In this document: piece by piece, positions 38,898 to 50,585 of the stretch
Position numbering within the stretch: the stretch's first letter is position 1
Layout: every line of letters starts with the position of its first letter
NCBI RefSeq assembly: GCF_000281045.1
Contig: NW_008246088.1
Span: forward strand, 371,685-435,684
Direction: 5' to 3'
Source: Saprolegnia diclina VS20
Taxonomy: Eukaryota
DNA: 64,000 nucleotides
The notes under the pieces: model-generated
The model's database searches: none
Seen by the model: only the letters and a program-made list of their open reading frames with translations
Told to the model about the DNA's origin: nothing
Position numbers and translations under genes: made by a program

Positions 38898-40473
38898 TGA
38901 AGAGCTTTTGCCAAACGGTTCCACGCCAGGAAAGGCGACTCCGTCGTTTCAAGGCAGCTGGTGACGCGAGCTATTTTTGCCACACCTCAGCCGACAATAG
39001 TGTGCCACGTCCCGGGCTTGGTGCGCGGCGTTGTGCTCGGTGGAGTTCATCATACGGCAGCTGCAACTGCCATTTGAACCAGCGGGCCGATGTTCTCTCT
39101 TTGGCGCCGGTCAATACCCAGCTCTCTGGACTCGGCGCCAACGATTCTAATTGGTCAAAAACCTGCGTGAGCGGGACAAACTGACTAATGCGGGTGTTGC
39201 GTTCGCGCAGTGCAACACCCGCATTGGCTACAAGGCTTTTACGCTCGTTCATTGGTAGAAATTAGTGTTTATAGGCGCGTTTAAAAGGTACCACACAGGT
39301 ATACAAAAACCAGCATGAAAACCACGCACGGCATGTTTGTAGGAGCACCCGCCATGAGCTCCCGCCGCGCGCGCGCAGAGTACCGCTAGCACAAGATCGT
39401 CACGCCATATCGAACTTCTCCTTCTTTTCTTCTCTTTCTTCGATTTAACAGGCACACGTGTGTTATAGTCCCACCATGCAAAGGGTAGTCGTCTCAATGC
39501 GCCATGTATTGGCTCGCGTTGAATATCTAGCTGATTTATGTTGGAATAAACCATCAATTGTTGGCGAGTTTCAAAACAAATACTTGCAGGCCTTTGATAG
39601 CCACGTGCGTCGACATACAACCTCTCTCGAGCTAACGTTAGAGAAAGCGTCCCTGAAAGTATCACAGCGATTTGAGAAGATTGCAAAAGTTTCGATTTGG
39701 GATCGACAAACCTCACGCCGGCTGTAGCTTGACTTGAACTTATTAGTCAAGAAGGGAGCTTCTTGGTAGGTTTCGCCGCCTATCATGGCTCATCACTGCC
39801 CACTGTTTGTCACTCGACGTGTGGGGTTTTGCATGCGTCGCCTCAAGGGATTAGCCCTTGGCGATGACGTTTTCCCCACACACACACTAGACCAGCGAGA
39901 GCCGACTCGCACACCCACAGCTAACCGGTTAGCTGAACCGGTTAGCTAGCCGGATCATCTAACCGATTTCGTCAATCGGTTAGCCAGCCCTGTTCTCTCC
40001 GGCAGCCCACTATCTCAGGGCTTGGTCGCACAACGTCGAGGCTACTGCAAGCTCATCGCTGCAGACCCAGACTTGTGCGTCTAGACACGCACAGCCACGC
40101 TCAGCCACCAGTCTCGGCTGTCCCTGCTTTGCTAATATACACCGAGCCTGGTCAGCTCACTTCCTCTTTTGGTTGCCCGACCACAAGTGCTTTTCTCGTG
40201 TGTTCTCCCATCGCAACTTTATTACAGCGAAGCACGTTGTGTGCATTTCTTGTACTGTAATATGATGGCGTGTATTAGTTAAACCCAGAGCACTGTACAA
40301 TGCCTTTTTCATCGATGTAGGCATCGATGGACGCGGGTCGGACACGGGTCAGCGACGCAATGCGTGCAAGCGANNNNNNNNNNNNNNNNNNNNNNNNNNN
40401 NNNNNNNNNNNNNNNNNNNNNNNNNNNNNNNNNNNNNNNNNNNNNNNNNNNNNNNNNNNNNNNNNNNNNNNNN

Positions 40474-40826
40474 TTATCCGGACAAGTGCGACGCAGACGT
40501 GAACGGTGGGCGAGTTGCCTTCGAAGGAAAATATACGGTGGCTTGTTTCAGTATCGTCGTATTGTACAGCACTCGGGGAGCTTAAAACCCAATTTTGGTG
40601 GTCATTGCGTCAATCGGGATACAAAGCGCCAATATGAAATATCGATACAGTATCAAGTGTGTATCAACTTCTTGCGAGTCCATTCTAGCACGCTGTATCG
40701 ACGCAATGACCACCAAAATTGGGTTTTAAGCTCCCCGCGTGCTGTACAATACGACGATACTGAAACAAGCCACCTTATATTTTTCTTCGAAGTCGGCCAA
40801 ACTCGCCCACCATTCAGGTCTGCGGT
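40474..40826. mobile_element. Foldback/MITE-like element (family A, copy 2, opposite orientation)
   Basis: Begins ttatccggacaagtgcgacgcagacgtgaacggtgggcgag immediately after the gap. Arms and central gatacagtatcaagtgtgtatcaac match 35621-36043. Confidence 0.8.
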
Positions 40827-41258
40827 CACGCCAGCCGTAGCGTAGCGGTGCATGGTCAAAATCTAGAAAATTGTTTTTGGAGAATGCTGGGATTATTTTC
40901 AACGGCCCACAAGTCGCTAGTGTTGGAGAGATATTGAACGTGCTGATTTGCGGCATCGTTGGGCACTGGGTGATTTTTCAACGAATTGATTTGAATAAAA
41001 TGGCATTTTCGATACCACGCCCTATGCGCGGAGCCAGAACGCTGGGACCCTTTATTCTCATAGACCGAAACAAGAGACTTCATTAAAGTTCAAAAGTCGA
41101 TCCACCATGCTCACCCAGCCAGCGTCTTGGCCTATTGATCGGATAATTGTGTCCGGATAAATTCGGCATCGCATCAGAGGACAATACAAAATAGACAAAA
41201 GAGCTTGCAGGTCTTGTTCTTGTGTGCATTTCTTGTACCAGAAATATGATGGCGTGTA

Positions 41259-44050
41259 TTAGCTAAACCCAGAGCACTGTACAATGCCTTTTTCATCGAC
41301 GTAGGCATCGATGGACGCGGGTCGGACACGGGTCAGCGACGCAATGCGTGCAAGCGACGCGGTGCGAGGACCTGGCGGCTCTAGATGCGCGATGCGACAG
41401 ACGTACGCAAACGCTGCCGCCGGCACTTGGCTCTCGACGTACCCGAGCATTCTAGGTGGTGCTTGGCCCTGCGGAAACGCTGCCTCGACTGCCACGCGAG
41501 TCGACGGCTGTAACTCCAGCATCGTCCGCTGCTGTGCGAATCCATCGTCAATGAGAGTTGTCGCGGCGGTGAGGAGTTCGTGTCGCTGGCGTTGCCGATC
41601 GAGTACGGCCGCCACTTGCACCGGCGTCAAGAGTACGGTTTCGGTCGAAACCACCATGTCCTTGTCGGCGGGTGTGACGCGTGTGCTGAAGGACGCGCGG
41701 CGCGTCATGCTCTCTCCATGGTGGCTGCTGTGTATATTGGCAAGTATGGTGTCGATTTGTGCTGCGACAAGAGGCGGGACTGACATATCTTGCAGCGAGA
41801 GCAGAGCCGAGACCATGGGCAGAGAGAGGTACGTTACCGGCTGTGGCGTTGACATCGCGACCAGCGTAGACATAACCGTGGACAGCACTTGGGTCACCGA
41901 GCTCAAAAACTCAACATCGAACACTCGCTGCACGAGCGCTTCCGAGACCAAGACCAGCGTCATCTTATCGGCCATCGCTGACGCCACCCACGTCGCTTCT
42001 TGTGTGACGACAAACGAAACGAGAGTCCGGGCGGCGGCGACAGCGCGACTGTGCACGGGCACGGCCACGAGGGTGACGGCCATTTGGAAAAAGGTCTCTT
42101 TGCGAACTTGAATCGCACCGGCATCGTACATTTCCTGGAGCGTTTTGGCCGCAATCCGTCGCGCGTGATAGCAGGGAGCGTACAGCAGGCCGATGAGCTT
42201 TTTGACGCCGTTTTCGAAGCACTGGTGCACCACCGGAGCATCCGCTATGCGGTTCGTGGCGCACATTGTGTGGTCCATGTCGGTCGCCTTCTCGACAAGC
42301 CGAACAAGCGCCGAGTCCATCGTTGCGAGCGATGGTACGTGGCGGCGCTGCCAAAACCCTTTCTTGACCAAAGTTGCAGGATGTGTCATGCTGGCCTTTG
42401 CCGAGTGGGACGAGCAGTCGCGCGGCTCGGGGGCCCAGCGCCCGAGGGGCCAGAGCGGGTCGGAAGTCGATTCGAGAATCTGGTCACTCAGGTCAAAGTT
42501 GCGATACCAGAGAAACCACATGGCTTGACACGCGTAGGCGATGGCGTACGCCGTCTCGTGGTGCATGGCAAAAATGAGTGTATCGTTGAGCCCGACGACA
42601 ATGGCTTGGATCTCAGTGTCGCAGCGCGCATCGTTCTCAAGGGTGACGCTCACAGCTGCGATCGCCCGGACGCGAATACAGTCGTGGGACAGCGACGCCA
42701 GGAGATCAAGATTGGGCACTTCGTAATCCTTGGCGCGGTGACTGTTCCAACGCCAGAGACCGGCCGCAACCAGCGGGTACAGCCCGGCTGCGATCTGGAC
42801 GACCCAGAGTCCGAGCGTACGATCCGCTGTCCAGTGCACCAGAAGCGTCACGAGACACAGTACGAGCGTCGTATAACACGACGTGCCAAATGAGAGTGCG
42901 CGGAGGTTGTTGGGAAAGTAGCCGACCCCAAGGCACTAGAACATTCATGAGACGAGCCAGCAAAAAAATAGTATCGTACGGGCTGGCATCGGAAATTGTA
43001 GTACAGAAGCGAGCCAAAGAGCACCAAGTTGATAGCGCTAAAGCCGAAAATGACGATCCACGCGTCAAACACCAAGAGCGCCTTCTCGATCGTGTAAAAG
43101 CCCAGTGCGCAAGCTACAAAATACCGTCGGACATGGACACGCACCAAGCGTAAAACCTGTTCGTGTGCACGTCATGAGCGCGTTAAACGCAGTTTGGAAT
43201 CGAAAGCGCACGGCGTACACGTCGTCCGCCAGTCGTTTCTTGTACAAAAGCGTTCCTGCCCACATCAGGTTTTAGTCGCAGCGCCAGCTCAGCAGCAAAA
43301 TTACCCCAGAAAAACGCGCTAAAGACCATGACGCCGAGACCAAAGAAGATCCAGTAGAGCGATGGGTCGGCACACGACTGCCCACCAAACGATACTGCGT
43401 CGAGGTCGTTGCTGCAGCCAGCGACGTCGATGATGGCATACATAAACGTCATAAAGACCGTGTCGTACAGAAACGGCGCGCCGATTTTGTCCCGCCACGG
43501 ACGAAAGCGACGGGTAAAGCGTCCGCCGGGAAGACACTCGACAAACCCGAGCACGAGCGACAACGTGATGAACGTCGCAAGCCGCCACCTGCCATTGGCC
43601 TGGCCGTAGAATGTGTTGTCGTGGAGCTGGTACAGAAGCAGCTGAATGGCGCAGTAGCTAAAACCACCGAGCTCCGCCCACATGGCCCCAAGCATGAGGA
43701 GCCGCTTCGGGTCGCTCCGAAGCTTCCCAAAGATGATGCGCTTGCGACGAGCGACGACGACGCCGAGCGCTGTACAACGAATGAGTACGCAGTACTACAG
43801 TCACATGGCAGTCCGAACCTTGGGTCTGAATGTCGTGGAGCTCGTTCGCTGAGCGGCAAAAGTCGGCAAAAAGATGGTGCCGGCGATGCGCAGCGAGCGT
43901 GAGACTGATCACGAGGAGCCAGAGGACACTTGGGGACACGTGGTGGTAGGCACCGTAGCCACAGCAGGACCACGTCGTGACGGTAAGCGTCTTGCAGTTG
44001 AGAGGACAGGGACACGTCGGTTCACACTCGCCACTCGAGGCTTCACGCAT
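41259..44050 (-). CDS. Unnamed multi-TM + helical-tail family, copy 3
   Basis: WSCC, NELHDIQTQ, SDPKRLLMLGAMW, RFRFQTAF, YNFRCQP, RVRAIAAVS. Confidence 0.85.
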
Positions 44051-44160
44051 GGTGCTCTGGACGCTTTGTCGCTAAATCGAGACGCAACGAAACAGCAATT
44101 TCACACCTCATGGATTTATTGAACCGCGATATTATTGGGACAGACAAATTGTAAAATGCA

Positions 44161-47100
44161 TTAAGGCCCCTCAGCGCAGCGCGTCGATTCGATCGCGATC
44201 CGTGGTCGAGGTTTCCCGACCAGATCGCAGAGGTACCAGTACTCGGGTGTTGTTATGCGGCTCTCCATGTACGAGAGCAAGTCACTTCGCGTGCTCACGA
44301 GCACGAGAATCGACGCCACAATCGACTGCGTCGGTGGCGCGAGCGCTGCAAGTGGTAGCTGCGTCGAAAAGCCTTCGGCGATTACCGTGTTGACAGCGGC
44401 CCACACATCCATGCGTGCACGCTGGCGGTCTTTGATGACCTTGAGCTGCGAAAGACTCAGAAGCGCATGCGACGAGTCCGACAGCCGCGTGATGGCCGTC
44501 GGTATGACGCGCGTCTTGGAGAGCTGACGTAATACGCGCGGTGGCCTGGATGGACGGGTGTCCCAGACATCTTGCATCGTCGTCAAGAGGTCGTCGATGA
44601 GCGCCTGCGTGGCGCCGGACGTCAAGTCGAGAAACAGCTCGAGTAATGTAGTGACCATGGCCCGATCCAAGTACGTTTCAGCACTCGGCGCGGTGGTGCC
44701 GAGGCTTGAAAGCGTCTCGAGACGATCAATCAGAAACGTTAGCAGCGTCGCAACAAAGTCTGCGTCATCAACGTGCATGACCAGCGCGTCGATGAGGACA
44801 CGCAGCGTCACGGTGTCGGCAAATTGATGGGCCGTCCAGATCGCGTCGCGTTCGTTTGCAAATCGTACGAGGGTCCGAAGCGCCGACATGGCTTTGGCAT
44901 GGGTCGGGGTGATCGTGAGGGTTGTAGTCATGTGCAGAAAGGTGGTTGCACTCACGAGCACGACGCTCGCTTGGTACATTTCCTGGAGCACTTTGCTTGC
45001 GAGCAGCCGGTTGCGTCGGCAATGGCTCTTGCAAAGCTCCGCGAGCTTTGTCACAGCATGCTCAAAGCAAGGTCGAATCGCTGGGTCGTCCGCGATCCGA
45101 GTTGTCATGCACACGGTGTGGTTGAGGTCCGTTGCCTTCTCGACGAGCTGAACAAGGGACGAATTGTCGACCGCCAAAAGACGATTTCTCGACCGTCGGC
45201 TCAAATCGGCGGGCGCGACTAGAAAAGTAGTGGAACCGCTCGGACGGCCAGCAGTAACACTGAGCCGCCCGGATGCTGACCGCGCCGCCAGTACCTGTGA
45301 GAGACTGATGCGAAAAGCGCTGCTACTAGTGCCCACAGCACTGGTCCGAGCCGGCGACAAGCGCACCCAGCACCCAAACGGCATATACGTGGCAGCACCA
45401 GCCTCTGAGACGCGGTCGCTCAGATCAAAATTCGAGTACCAGAGAAACCACATGGCTTGGCACGCATACACCGGTGCAAAAACCGCCTCGGATCGCCATA
45501 AACTGCCATCCAGCGCCAGTAGAATAGCGCGAACTGTGTCGGCGTCGCGATCCGTGGTCTCGAGTGTGACGGTCACCGCCGCGATAGCGCGGACGCGGTC
45601 AGCCTCGTGCTGTAGCGCATCAAGGAGGCTCAGATTGGGCACTTGAAAAAGAACTGCGCGGCGACCGTTCCAGCGCCACACGGTGACTGCAAACACCGGG
45701 TAGAGTCCGGTGGCGACAAAGAAGACAATCCACTCGGATGTACCAGCCACTGCATGATGTCGAGAGATTTGCAGCATTGAAATCATAAGGAGCACAAGTG
45801 TCGTGTAGCACGACGTAGCGAACGACAGTGCACGCAAGTTGTTGGGCACGAGTCCGACGCCCAAGCACTAGCGATGACCAGAATAGGACGTCAAAAAGGT
45901 TAAAGTTGGAAGCATGGGTCAATAATAAAGAGGGTGTATCACGACCCGTATTTAATTAAAAAATTACGGCAGAGCGCCCAGCGAAGTCCAATACAAATGC
46001 CTGAGGAAGCGCAAGCGCCGAATGCCTCATCCGGATAATGATTATTTGGAGAATTTTCATTAAAATGGACTGGGCGCCGCGGATCGCTGCATGGGTCTAC
46101 GTGCGTATAGCACTTGGAACATAGCTTTTTACGGCGCACGAAGATAGATTATGCATGAACAAGCACTTACCGTATCGATAAGGCTTCTAAACGCGCGAAA
46201 TGAGTTACTACATGCTACGTATGTCAGCAAATAGTGCCAAGTTGACCTGGCCTCGGATACACAAACATAAATATGAGGGTGACCGAGAGTCCGTCCCAAA
46301 ACGAGACTTTGCACGCACTTCTAACACATCGTCGTGGATGTGTGTGCGAAGTTTCGTTCCCAACAGAGCTCCCACACACCCCCATTTACGTTGCCAAAGA
46401 CAACAAATACTATGATTTTGGACAAAATGGACTCGTAAACATGAGAATGGGGGTGACCGAGAGTCCGTCCCAAAACGAGACTTTGCACGCACTTTTAACA
46501 CATAGTCGTGGATGTGTGTGCGAAGTTTCGTTCCCAACAGAGCTCCCACACACCCCCATTTTCATCGCTACGACAAATTCTGGATGCGTGTATTTAGTCA
46601 ACATATCAGTGATTGTCAGGCCTTGTGAGCGCTGGCTGTCGAAAGCTATTCTTGTATATTACAGTGTTTTCGTTTTTGATACAGTGGATACCAAAATCCT
46701 GTGTGGAGCCGGTTTCCTCACCGAACCCAACAAATGTATTGGGCAAACAACTGGAGCCTCAGCCGCAGGATTCGCCGATTTTTGTATGGCGTGATACACC
46801 CTCTTTATTATTGACCCATGTTGGAAGAGACGTACCGGCTGGCACTTGTAGTTGTAGCGAAGCAGCGCGCCAAAATGAACCATATTCAAAAGTCCAAAGA
46901 GCATTGCGACGAGCCACATGTCGAGACTGAGCAGCGCCTTCTCGACGGTAACGACGGTCAAGGCGCAGACTACCCAACNNNNNNNNNNNNNNNNNNNNNN
47001 NNNNNNNNNNNNNNNNNNNNNNNNNNNNNNNNNNNNNNNNNNNNNNNNNNNNNNNNNNNNNNNNNNNNNNNNNNNNNNNNNNNNNNNNNNNNNNNNNNNN

Positions 47101-47862
47101 NNNNNNNNNNNNNNNNNNNNNNNNNNNNNNNNNNNNNNNNNNNNNNNNNNNNNNNNNNNNNNNNNNNNNNNNNNNNNNNNNNNNNNNNNNNNNNNNNNNN
47201 NNNNNNNNNNNNNNNNNNNNNNNNNNNNNNNNNNNNNNNNNNNNNNNNNNNNNNNNNNNNNNNNNNNNNNNNNNNNNNAAGAACATGTCGTAGAGGATCG
47301 GGCCGCCGAGTTTCGGTCGACTGAGGTGGCACTTGCGCAGCCATCGCGCGCCCAGCGGTCCCTCGAGGAGGTAGAGCAAGCTGGAAAAGACAGCAAAAAA
47401 GCCAAACTGGACTGGACCCGACACGAGACCCGACACGTCCGACTGCGTGAGCTGGTAGATGATGAGCTGGCCGGGCATGTAGCTAAAGCCAAAGAGTTCA
47501 CTCCACATGGCCCCGAGCATGAGCAGCCGTCGCGGGTCGCGGTACATCTTGCCAAAGATGACGCGCTTCCGACGCGCGACGACGACGCCGAGCGCTACGG
47601 CAGGTTGTATTCGACGCAAGACGAGACAGTGTATACCTTGGGTCTGAATATCGTGGAGCTCGTCGGCGGTGCTGTCGAGGTCGTGGAAGAGGTTGAATTC
47701 GTACTGCGCACACACCGTGAGACTTAGAAAGACGAGCCACAAGGCGGCCGGCGCAATGTGGTGGTAGCCTCCGAGACCGCAGCACGACCAGAGCGCAGTT
47801 CGTAGTTCGACGCACTCGTTCGTGTTTACTAAAGAGTTTGGGCAGGCGGCGACATGTGCCAT
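44161..47862 (-). CDS. Unnamed multi-TM + helical-tail family, copy 4 (transposon in intron 4, assembly gap inside)
   Basis: 5' exons near-identical to copy 1; last exon ORF 44161-45864. Intron 4 is enlarged by a 908-bp insertion. Confidence 0.8.
45913..46820. mobile_element. Non-autonomous TIR DNA transposon, P-element-like
   Basis: Perfect 31-bp TIR CATGGGTCAATAATAAAGAGGGTGTATCACG (45913-45943 / 46790-46820). TSD TTGGAAG (45906-45912 / 46821-46827). Empty site visible in the copy 1 intron (~28143-28165). Confidence 0.9.
46277..46561. repeat. Direct repeat, ~111 bp x2, period 174 bp, inside the transposon
   Basis: gggtgaccgagagtccgtcccaaaacgag...cacacccccattt at 46277-46387 and 46451-46561, two mismatches seen. 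Confidence 0.9.
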
Positions 47863-47939
47863 CTTGGCGCTTGCATGAAAGGCGCACGCAGGAATGATTA
47901 TCTATTTATAATGATAGCAATCTTGTCGGCTGCAAATGT

Positions 47940-48009
47940 CAAAGAATATCGTGGATGTTCTACTTTACCTACGCCGCTAGTTAAAGTAGAACATCCACGA
48001 TATTCTTTG
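47940..48009. repeat. Perfect 28-bp inverted repeat with 14-nt loop
   Basis: caaagaatatcgtggatgttctacttta (47940-47967) / taaagtagaacatccacgatattctttg (47982-48009). Confidence 0.95.
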
Positions 48010-48080
48010 CCAATTTCAGGAATTGGCTTGCATTCACGGTAAATCATTCGGATACCAAATTCCTATCCGGACAAACGACG

Positions 48081-49885
48081 ATGCAACCTGGCATGCTGCA
48101 GATCCAGCGGCGACCTGGCACGCTGCCCGACGCGCCACCGACAGCGCGCCGATGGGAGACGGCTGCAGACGCTCGGTCTCTTGCGCTGCCACCAGCGCCG
48201 TCAAAGACCATGCCATTGGCGCCACAATCAGCGACCAAGTCCAAGCCGCCGCGGCAGCCGCCCAAACGACCCACCAACGGCCAGGTCAGCCTCCTCGACT
48301 TTGTGGCCAAGCCTGCAAGGAAGGCCAGGGCAAAGACGCTGCCACCAACTCCTGCTGCCGAGGCCAAGTCGGCCGCTATGCGCGCCACTGCAAAAACGTT
48401 TGTTCCAGGCAGTGCGACGCATCAGGACCCGACGACGACCGACGCGGCGCGTCCCGTCGGCACCAAGAAGAAGAAGAAATCGACGCTCAAGAAGAAGATT
48501 CTACGCGACCGCGCGGCCAAATGGGAAGCGTACCACCGCGCCAAGGCCGGCGAATCTTCTGCGCTGCCAACGGGCGACGGTAACCCTGAAGCGGCGCGGT
48601 CTGTGACCATCGATCACTTGGTCTCGGTGGACGAAATCGAAGACGACGACGAGTACGAAGATACGTTGGCAGACGTGCGTGTGCAGCTGGAGCGGCATGG
48701 TGCGGTCGCAGCCATCGACATTGACCGGTCGACCGGCACCGTGACCGTCACGTACAACGATTCGGCCAGCGCCGACGCTGCAGTGGCTGCTTTGCACACG
48801 GCAACATTTGGCGGACGTCAGCTACTCTGTCTGTACGCGACACCGGCAACGACGGACGCCATGTCGTGGGTCACGGTCGCCAAGTACTTGGAGCCTGCCG
48901 ACCTCGCGGACGACGACGAGTTTGACGAAGTCCGAGACGAAGCACATGCCGAATTTTCAAAGCTGCATCCAGTGCAAGCCATCGAGATTGACCGAAACAC
49001 GGGCGTGTGTCGTCTTCAGTACGCATCGCCGTCGGCGGCCATGGCGGTCACGCAGCAGTACGACACCAAGCCGTACGGTGGCACTCCGATTCGCGTCGAG
49101 TGGGCCGGCGGCCAGGTCGCACCCGCTACTCGCTCGCCTCTGACAGTCGACGTGCCGCCGGTTCGAAAGCTTCGAAATGCCAGTGCGATCCGCGCGTATG
49201 TCGACCAGGTGCCGTTCGTGGTCGATACACTGCATGTTGAATCCATGCGTCTGCGTAGGAGATCGATGAGTGCGGCGAGCTGCAAGTCGGCGTGACGGCG
49301 CTCCTGGGGCGTCTCATGCAGTTGCAGGTGACTGTCTCCACGCACCAACTATAAAAATGATTTTGATAGGAGCGTGCCCGGCTGACAAACCCTCTCAAGG
49401 CCAAGAAAACGCGCCGCCTCGTGTTCGGGCTCCGCGAGGTAGTACAGATGAGTCTTTTGGGAGGGAGACTCATGGCGTGGTCATGTCGTCAGGTCAAGCG
49501 AGGACTGAAGAGCCTCAAGGTCATGTGCTTGCTTGTGGCGTACGACGTGGATGAGTGCGCGGCGGACGGCGGCCTCGACGACAAGATTGTCGAGCTCATC
49601 GATTTGGCCCGCGCCAACAAAATTCCGGTCGTCTTTGCCCTCTCCAAGTACGCAACCGATACTTGATAACCACAAACCAGTGAAACAATTAGGCGCAAGC
49701 TGGGCAAGGCAGTCCTCAAGACCATTCGTGTCAGCTGCGTCGGCATCTACTCGGTCGATGGCGCCAATGACATGTGGACAAGCGTCCAGAAGTCCGTCGC
49801 ATCTTTGCAGCACCGACGCGACGCAGCAGAAGCTGCAACAGAGTCGATGCTGGTGGATGCCATGGACGCGCTGTCGACCAGCTAG
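48081..49885 (+). CDS. SECISBP2: SECIS-binding protein 2 with two inserted RRM/UHM-like domains
   Basis: K-rich STLKKKILRDR. Spliced C-terminus IRAYVDQEID...LMQLQERARLTNPLKAKKTRRLVFGLREVKRGLK...GGLDDKI...IPVVFALSKRKLGKAV...VSCVGIYSVDGA matches the SBP2 L7Ae domain. Confidence 0.9.
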
Positions 49886-50585
49886 TAGTTTTGGATCTTG
49901 CTGAGGTGAAATATCATTGTGGGTGACCGCATACTACCGTTCACACAATGTATTGCGGCCGTCCAATACTGTACTTTTGGGATTCTCTCGCACACTTCTT
50001 GTATACTACTAGGCGGCCAGGCAGACTTCGTTGCTGCAGCGAAGCCAGGATACACTACTAGTACCAGAAGCACAATGCCCAGTGGAGTAGGTTTTCGAGA
50101 ATCCCTATTGCTATTTGCAATGTTGAGAAGCACATTACCTAGCAGCATTGCTAACATGCCATCCGCTCGAACAAAGATGGCGCGTCTCCTAGTTGCGTGA
50201 AGCCATGCAAACGTGACCGCCCATGAGACCCGTCCATGCTCATCGAGCTGATTTTCTTCAGTATAATAGCCATCGAGCGAATACATGTAGAGCATCTCCG
50301 GCGGCAAGGCACTCTCATTCATTCGCTATTTGCATGACAGAAATGGACAGGATATCCCACCGTGGCACCTACGAAGTGTCGAGTCGACGCCTGGTCGAGT
50401 TGGTGGTGATGGCACCCGAAGTCCCGAAAACCAAACTTCGAAGCCGACTGTCCCATGAGATTGCCGTTCACATCGACTTGATATTTGTATGCTGGCGACA
50501 CGAGTTTGGTTGCAAAAATACACTGTGACGCGAAGTTCGAAGCGCAAATCGCGCCATAGCCGATTTGCGAATTTCCCACGTGGCG

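Noticed and set aside
39819..39890. Hairpin as a SECIS element or Helitron 3' end
   Set aside because: No correctly placed AUGA/GA quartet with apical AA and no upstream UGA ORF. CTAG is followed by A rather than T, and no matching 5' end was found.
40849..41110. gcatggt...accatgc as the ends of a second P-like element
   Set aside because: Only 7 bp of inverted match and no TSD.
46277..46561. Repeat-spacer-repeat as a CRISPR array
   Set aside because: Only two ~111-bp units inside a TIR element, eukaryotic context, no cas genes.
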